Below are positions 39,165-64,000 of a DNA stretch of 64,000 nt, in pieces (positions within the stretch are counted from its first letter, which is position 1; every line of letters begins with the position of its first letter). Made by a program: the position numbers and the translations under genes. The stretch covers positions 6,138,001 through 6,202,000 of the forward strand of contig OX597833.1 of assembly GCA_951406725.2 (NCBI GenBank). Reading direction: 5' to 3'. The stretch comes from Octopus vulgaris. Taxonomy: Eukaryota. The notes below the pieces were generated by a model, which did not search any database, was not told the DNA's origin, and was given only the letters and a program-made list of their open reading frames with translations.

Positions 39165-39896
39165 CAATAATTTTAAGGAATGGCCTTAATAGGCCATTCA
39201 ACTCACTAAAACGAGCAGCTAAACTCAAACCGGTTTGAGTTTAGCTGCCCGTTTTAGTGAGTTGAATGGCCTATTAAGGCCATTCCTTAATATTATTGTT
39301 GAATGTACATTATATAGTCTCTTGACTATTTTTTCTTTCTCACTAGACCGCTGGTGGCGAAAAAAATTTCTATTGAATTTTTTGCTACCCTGATATTGAT
39401 TAATTAATGATTTTTTGGCTAATTCTGAAATTAAATCAGCAGTTTATATTTGCTGCTGATAAGTTGGCGCGATGACGGTAGATTTTGAAAATTTAGAGAA
39501 TATATCCCCAAGGCATCGATGCTGTTGTTACCTCGTGGAATATATATTCCCCCTGGCTTCTTTGCCGATGAGACGGGCCAGTGGTAAATTGACTTGATTA
39601 AATTTAATTTAATTAAGCTGGTTTGCCAAAAAGTACGTCGAAACTATGCATAGTCCAAAGATGATAAGGGGAAATGTTTTTAATTTTCCTTTGATTTCTG
39701 AATTACTACTATTTAACGGTTTGAGTTTGGCTGCTCGTTTTAGTGAGTTGAATGGCCTATTAAGGCCATTCCTTAATATTATTGTTGAATGTATATTATG
39801 TAGTCTGTTGACTATTTTTTCTTTCTCACTAGACCGCTGGTGGCGAAAAAATTTCTATTGAATTTTTTGCTACCCTGATATTGATTAATTAATGAT
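39159..39896 (+). mobile_element. Hammerhead-containing ~486-bp-unit retrozyme / mini-PLE with pseudo-LTR structure
   Basis: Direct repeats at 39231-39411 and 39717-39896, a 73-bp inverted stub at 39159-39231, an internal hammerhead and (TA)n flanks. Confidence 0.72.
39559..39661 (+). ncRNA. Type I hammerhead, CCGAUGA core, extended stem II
   Basis: TCTTTG-CCGATGA-GACG..TGGTAAATT..CTTGATTAAAT/ATTTAATTAAG..GGTTTGCCA..CGTC-GAAA-CTATGCATAG-TC-CAAAGA. Confidence 0.82.
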
Positions 39897-40909
39897 ATAT
39901 ATATAAAACTGAGAATGTGTGTCTGTCTGTGTGTTTCCCTAAAACTTGAGAACTACACAACCAATTTCATTCAAATTTTGCACATGCCTTACTTAGGGTC
40001 CATGTAGGTTCATGGGCAAAAACAAATGTTCAACTTCTTGCCTAGAGCGAGCCCATAGCAATATCATATCTTCTCCACTATTTCAGTATTACGTGTTAAA
40101 AGTGAAACAAAAATATTTCTCTATTTTATGTCAGATGCTTTCACTTTAACAATAAAAATAATAATAACAATTGAATTATATGTAGTAAGTAATAATTAAA
40201 ATCAAACTAAAGTATAATATAAGTAAAAATAGCAATTGGTATAAAATTGCATCAATGATTTGAACTTGAATAAGTGGTTTCAAATGAATGGGAATTAAAT
40301 TAAAAATAAAATTAGCGTGCAGAAATGGAATAGTCCAGATGGATAATAAAAAATTAAATTAAAGAAAAGACTATTGTCTATAAAGTATACAATGTAGAGA
40401 AAAAAGATTTGAACACATGGAGGAAAGCACCTCCGAAAAGTGTCTTGGTGCGACTATAAAAGGTATCTAATCAGAGGCAGTAAATTCCCCACAATAGAAG
40501 CAAGGTTCGAGTCAACGGAGCGTGCAAGGGAGTACTCGACTCGAACTTGCAAAGTGGAAATATTTTATTTTTACCTTTATATCTGGGACGTAGGACGTCC
40601 CGGAAAATATTTTAAATGCTTCCCCCACCCCCCAGAAGTAGAGGTAGGCTGGATTGTAGCCACACTTCTATACAAGAGGGAGGACAAGATACAATTGATC
40701 GAAATTACAAGAGACGGGCTAACAATTCCAGTCTGTTATATATTTTGAGTATTGTTATCACTAGCGATATCAAGATATACCTTTGTATTTTGTATTTTAT
40801 GTGTAGATGTATATATATATATAGATGTACATGTAATATGTACACATATATACACACATATATACATGCATAGCAATATGACCCGGCAACGACGGGTCTT
40901 TAATGCTAG
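39897..40909 (+). mobile_element. Non-autonomous Helitron
   Basis: 5' TATATATAAAA..TGTGTGTCTGTCTG, 3' hairpin GACCCG-gcaacga-CGGGTC followed by CTAG|T. Confidence 0.62.
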
Positions 40910-41027
40910 TATATATATATATATATGTGTGTGTTTGTGTATATACATATATGTATATATATATGTGTGTGTGTGCGTATGTATATATGTATAGAAAAAT
41001 AGATATGGATCTCTCTCTTTCCCTGCA

Positions 41028-41281
<254 letters not shown>

Positions 41282-41790
41282 CTCGCACATGGTCCAACAT
41301 TCTGCTACAACTAATCTAAAACCTTTGCGAGAAAGCAATCTAGAAATTATCGCTCAGCGACATTTTTTCGTCACTCAATAAGAGTTAAAAAAACCTGATA
41401 CGTGAGTGGCATCTCGCTCTATAATCCAGAAGAGAAGATTAATAGTCACGCACACCATCAGATCCAAATGGTAATTACTTTTAACTGTATTTTATGCAAT
41501 ATTTTAAAACATTTTCGAAACATGTTGAGGAGTTGCTTAATAAAGAAGTTTATGTAAAATATTTACGTTACCTCATTGTCTCCATATTTCCGCTTTTGTT
41601 GTATCTTTCCGCTTGAGATTTGCTTAATATACACACAAACACACACACATATGTGTGTGTGTGTGTATGTGTGGGTATGTATGTATGTATGCGTATATAT
41701 ACACGTGTATATACAAAGACAATGTGTTCCACTTTCGACGGAAATGTATATTATTAGTTTCACTACAATTATATATGTTTTCAAATTAAC

Positions 41791-41839
<49 letters not shown>

Positions 41840-42689
41840 CAATTAGATCCGTCTTGCGCAGCTGCTAGCGAGTAATTCAGTATTGCCTGTCGCATGACCG
41901 AGTCGGCGGCGGCTAAACCGGCAACCACGCCAAACTTGATGGGTGAGGGAGAGGATTTTTGGACAACTTGAGGAATAGCAAACAAGACGTATCAAAGTTG
42001 CGGAAGAACTCCGGACGACCAGTGGCCATCCAATACAGTCAAGAGAAGACGGTACTCACCAGTCGCAATCTGGTAGAAGGAAACCGTTCCGCAAGAAATT
42101 GCGAAAATCTGACACTATTTTGCACAGAAAAACTGAGCTGAAGATGTTGTCATTTTGTCTATAGATATCTAATAAATAAATAAAGAAAAGAAGAAGAAGA
42201 AGAAGAAGAAGAAGAAGAAGAAGAAGAAGAAGAAGAAGAAGAAGAATCTAGGATTTCCCAGTCCAAACGGATCAGGTGCTAAAACATAACAGACCGGATC
42301 TAGTGGTGGTCACAAGAGGCACCATATGTGCCATATAGTTGTTGTTGCGTTCTCCTTTGACCCACGAATGGTCAAGAAGGAAGGCGAAAAGATAGATAGA
42401 TACAACCCTCTTAAGTACACCACAGCAACTAAGCTAAAACTGTTTTGGATTCTCTGTTTTTTTCTTCTATCGCTACTGTAACATTCTCCACAATTTTTCA
42501 CACCTGAGACACAAGAACTACGTTTCAACATTCAAAACCATGCACCTTCTCATTGAGAAAGTTTAATCTTAGTCCACTGACATCTGTTTTATTACTTTTA
42601 AGCAAATATTCTGACTCTCAGATAAAACATTAAAGCACAAAATATATATTGTTTCTTTTCAAAATATTTTCAGCAAATTCATTCTTGAA

Positions 42690-60128
<17,439 letters not shown>

Positions 60129-60933
60129 ACTCTAGTTTCCAAAGTGTTTTTATTACTATTGATTCGTGTTTGTATTTCGTAAATTAATTACGGAAGATCG
60201 AGGGCCAAATAACGTCAAAACGTCGGTGTCTGGTGATCCGCCGACGTCATTCTAAACAAACTCTGTTCGTTTTAAGGCGTTAGTTTCTAAGAGAACTTTC
60301 TCTGAGACAAAATATTATAGCTTAATGTCGTTATACGTTTGTATATACGTTATAGATACTATTCGTTCGTTATTTTAATGATATAAGCAAGAAAAAGGTT
60401 TGATACAACGAGAGCGTTTCAGTGTGTTCATTACACATGCTAGAAATAGCTAACAAACATTCCTCAAAAAAGATTTTCAGTTTTATGGCATGAAAAAATG
60501 TTTTAAAACATCACCATTGCTTTTGTATAATCACCGTCCCTTCCACAAATATTTAATGTCAGTTTGGGGGTCATCCGATAGCGCAGACATAAACGAATTT
60601 TTCTATCAATAGATACTAAACATACAAAATATGGAATCCGCTACAAAAAAGGTTTTCTACATTCCAACGTGAAATATCAAGAGTAAATCCCGTTCCTTTA
60701 GACATTGTCGGTTCTTCCCGTTTGTATTGGTTGGTTACTTATTGTATGGTTCCCGAAATAAATACAAAAAAGAATCAGTTCTACTGTGTCAGCAGCGCTT
60801 CTTACATAATTCTGCTACGGTTATTTCTATATACATTCTACAGAACTTAGAGCCAGCACTGATTTTTGCTACAACATTTCGTATCGAAATGTCAGATGTA
60901 AACAAACAAGGAGATCGGAGAAATAAGTGGATA

Positions 60934-60985
60934 ATGAGTGCATATGCCATATTTCGGAGGTTATTGACCTTTCATCAGCACTCAT
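60934..60985 (-). ncRNA. Type I hammerhead motif with non-cleavable G17
   Basis: ATGAGTG-CTGATGA-aAGGT caata ACCTcc-GAAA-TATGGCATA-TG-CACTCAT; 7-bp stem I. Confidence 0.65.
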
Positions 60986-61284
60986 CTAACCCGTCCATAG
61001 TTTCTACAGAATATCTGAAGAAACAAACTTAGAAATACGAAAAAAGAATATTTGGGTTTTGGTATTGTGAGAAAGAGAGGCTTTCGCTACTGTGAGTCCT
61101 CATCAACCTACTCTGTGGTGGTCAGGATGTGCGTGTCTGTGTATATATATATGATCATGTGATCACGTGACCGACCAGACCATCAGATGTAGTTACACAT
61201 CGCTGGTCACAATGCGTTCGCATTGTTTTCGCCTTCGAATGACGCCACCCCGCTGGCTAAGCGAGCAGGCCAATATACATATAT

Positions 61285-61371
<87 letters not shown>

Positions 61372-61476
61372 CATACACACATATACATACAAGCATGCAT
61401 ATATGTACATACATGCTCATAGATATATACGTATAGATACAAATATATGTATATACATGAATATATATAATATATT

Positions 61477-61529
<53 letters not shown>

Positions 61530-61640
61530 ATATATATGATTATATATAATTATCATTATAATTTTTTTTAAATATATAACTTATAACTAGATCTCAAAAA
61601 GTATAAAATGAATGATAAATATATAATATAATAAGTAAAA

Positions 61641-61742
61641 ACACTACGTACGTTTCATGGCTATAATTAAATTGGAATTACAATTAAGTTTAAATTCAAT
61701 TGAAATAAATTCGAATTAAAATTATAGTCAATCTTCAGGTTG
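61641..61742 (-). ncRNA. Type I hammerhead motif, same family as 18800
   Basis: AC-CTGAAGA-tTGACTATAATT...AATTATAGCCAt-GAAA-CGTACG-TA-GT. Confidence 0.65.
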
Positions 61743-62027
61743 ATGAAAATAGTTAAATAAATAAGCAAATAGAGTTAAACAATATTTATTTAAGAAATAA
61801 ATAATATAATAATTTTTCTTATAGAAAAAACCTCCATTAACTAAATTAGAAACTTAAAACATTAGGATTATTTCCAACAACACATTTATTATGTTAAATA
61901 TTTATTTTTAAGGAAAAAAAAATTAGATAGAAATAGGTATTTATTTTTGAAGATATAATTTGGCTTTAAAAAACATAATAAACTCTCGAATATCTTTAAC
62001 CCAGTTATACTTCAATATTTAATTACC

Positions 62028-62086
<59 letters not shown>

Positions 62087-62177
62087 GTTAATCCAACAAG
62101 AAAGCACAAAAAAAAACACAACAACGCGAGGGCGTGGAACAAATAGAGTATTATTGGACGCTCAGGAAAGAAGGAGG

Positions 62178-62212
62178 GTTTAACGTTTCGAGCGGAGCTC
62201 TTCGTCGGAAAC
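62178..62212 (-). ncRNA. Minimal Penelope-type hammerhead, CCGACGA core
   Basis: GTTT-CCGACGA-A-GAGC tcc GCTC-GAAA-CG-TT-AAAC. Confidence 0.65.
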
Positions 62213-62761
62213 ATAGGAGAAGGAAAGATCCAGAGGAGGGAAGACAGAGGGAAAAAAATCACCAACGGTACACACGAGGTCAGATATTTGTGACGTTATT
62301 AGGGATTTCAGCGCCCGGGATCAAGCATACTTTCTTTGGTGCCCTGCCCCTTAAATGAAGCGCATGAAATGTCATGCTCTTTCAAGCCTGTGCCAAGAAG
62401 TGACTGTCACCAACTCCGACCCCTTCTTGCAGCGCATTTATTAGATATTCATTTATATTTGTAAAAGTGATAGAATCGTTAGCACAGTCGGACAAAATGC
62501 TTAGCGGTGTTTCTTCCGGTTGTTCTTTACGTTTTAATTTCAAATTGCTCTGTGTTCGACTTTGCTTTTCATTCCTTCAGGGTCGCTAACGTAAAGTACT
62601 GAATGAGCGCTGTGGTCGATATAAACGACTTTCCCGCTCCGCTAAAATTCCTGGCTGTGTGTCCATATCTGAAACTGTTATTTCACTTTATATTCTTCAG
62701 TTGCATATAACCGTTTTATGCATAGCGCATTAAAAAGACAAAAATCCGTGCAGCACGGATT

Positions 62762-62812
62762 TTTGTCAGTGAACAGGTCGCGGTCTTAAAGCGACGAAAA
62801 TATTTTGACAAA
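62762..62812 (+). ncRNA. Hammerhead motif with G3-C8 covariant core
   Basis: TTTGTCA-GTGAACA-G-GTCGC ggtcttaaa GCGAC-GAAA-ATAT-TT-TGACAAA. Confidence 0.65.
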
Positions 62813-63384
62813 TTAAACTTAAATGTTGAAGTGAATCGAACGGCTTTTGTGTGTTTCTTAAATGGATTACAAACACCTTCAAAGCTGCAATTGTTTTCGT
62901 TCCAGCACACGATCTCAGATCAAATCACTTGCTATGCAAGTACATCTCCGTAATTCCGAAAGCTTGAGCCAGGCTACCAAAACTCTGAGGACAGCCGTTA
63001 CTTGTTGCTTGAGAAGAATAACAGCTAAGCAACAGCTTCATTTCATTAGACACTGCATCTCATTAAAAAGAATTAAAATGAAAAGAAAGGGGGGCATCGG
63101 AGGGGTGATGCATATCCTGCGCGCACACAAGATTAAAATAAAATTTAATTTGATAAATGTATTCTCAGACGAATTCTTATTTCAACAAAATGACATCAAG
63201 AGTTATTTCCCTTGCTTATCGTTTATGAATATCTAACAAAAAAAACATTTCAATTCAGCCGTTAATGAGTTCTAGCCACTCAGCCAATGAGTATTTCTGC
63301 CAAATTTGGTGAAAATCCATTCAGCCGTTTCCCATTAATTTTGCGAACACACAGACAAATAGAGTAAGACAAGCAATACCCTGC

Positions 63385-63630
63385 TTTCGCCTACAAAGTC
63401 AGAAAACAGCACAACTCCCATGACTTTCGGAAACATTTTTTCACGCTCAGAGTTGCTGAAGCATGGAATAAACTGCCTGCGTCAGTTGTTGACTGCCATG
63501 ACACTGCATCCTTTAAGGCCCTCATGCTTTCCGAAATCCGCCGAAACTACACCTGATTATATATACACTTTAGATGAGTTGTAGTGCACCTGAGCACTGT
63601 ACACAATTATTATTATTATCATTATTATTA
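63385..63630 (+). mobile_element. CR1-like LINE 3' end
   Basis: RKHFFTLRVAEAWNKLPASVVDCHDTASFK followed by a short UTR and an (ATT)n tail. Confidence 0.75.
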
Positions 63631-63654
63631 TACGCGCGCAGGGTAATAACCCCT

Positions 63655-64000
63655 ACCTATTTCTTTACTACCCACAAGGGGCTAAACACAGAGGGGACAA
63701 ACAAGGACAGACATAGGTATTAAGTCGATTACATCGACCCCAGTGCGTAACTGCTACTTAATTAATCGACCCCGAAAGGATGAAAGGCAAAGTTGACCTC
63801 GGCGGAATTTGAACTCAGAACGTAGCGGCAGACGAAATACCTATTTCTTTACTACCCACAAGGGGCTAAACACAGAGAGGACAAACAAGGACGGACAAAC
63901 GGATTAAGTCGATTATATCGATCCAGTGCGTAACTGGTACTTATTTAATCGATCCCGAAAGGATGAAAGGCAAAGTCGACCTCGGCGGAATTTGAACTCA
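63655..64000 (-). mobile_element. SINE family 2 multimer, runs off window
   Basis: Two tandem body units. Confidence 0.85.

Overview
AT-rich, microsatellite-dense eukaryotic genomic DNA. The SINE families and repeat landscape suggest a coleoid cephalopod, probably Octopus (inference). Most entries in the ORF track are microsatellite or SINE artefacts. The real coding content is a cluster of three spliced SLC16/monocarboxylate-transporter-like (MFS) paralogs with identical exon architecture. Gene A is on + (last 5 exons, 178-8088, 5' part outside the window), gene B is on - (8 exons, 23838-13258, 489 aa) and gene C is on + (8 exons, 42690-60128, 499 aa). There is also an orphan fourth copy of exon 7 with a dead acceptor. 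All three paralogs lack the TM8 arginine that binds carboxylates in SLC16 proteins (Glu, Glu, Asn instead) and carry an Arg in TM10. An intact tRNA-Leu(TAG) lies in intron 3 of gene C. The most striking non-coding signal is about 15 type I hammerhead-ribozyme motifs in 64 kb, from several families. Most have palindromic stem III loops, and they include CCGA-core variants and a G3-C8 compensatory core variant. They sit in ORF-less, mostly (TA)n-associated elements with direct and inverted partial repeats (Penelope pseudo-LTR / retrozyme-like), alongside Penelope RT and GIY-YIG remnants. The window also holds three tRNA-SINE families, R4/Dong, CR1 and RTE LINE remnants, a Tc1/mariner fossil, MITEs and non-autonomous Helitrons. 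All folds and alignments were done by eye.
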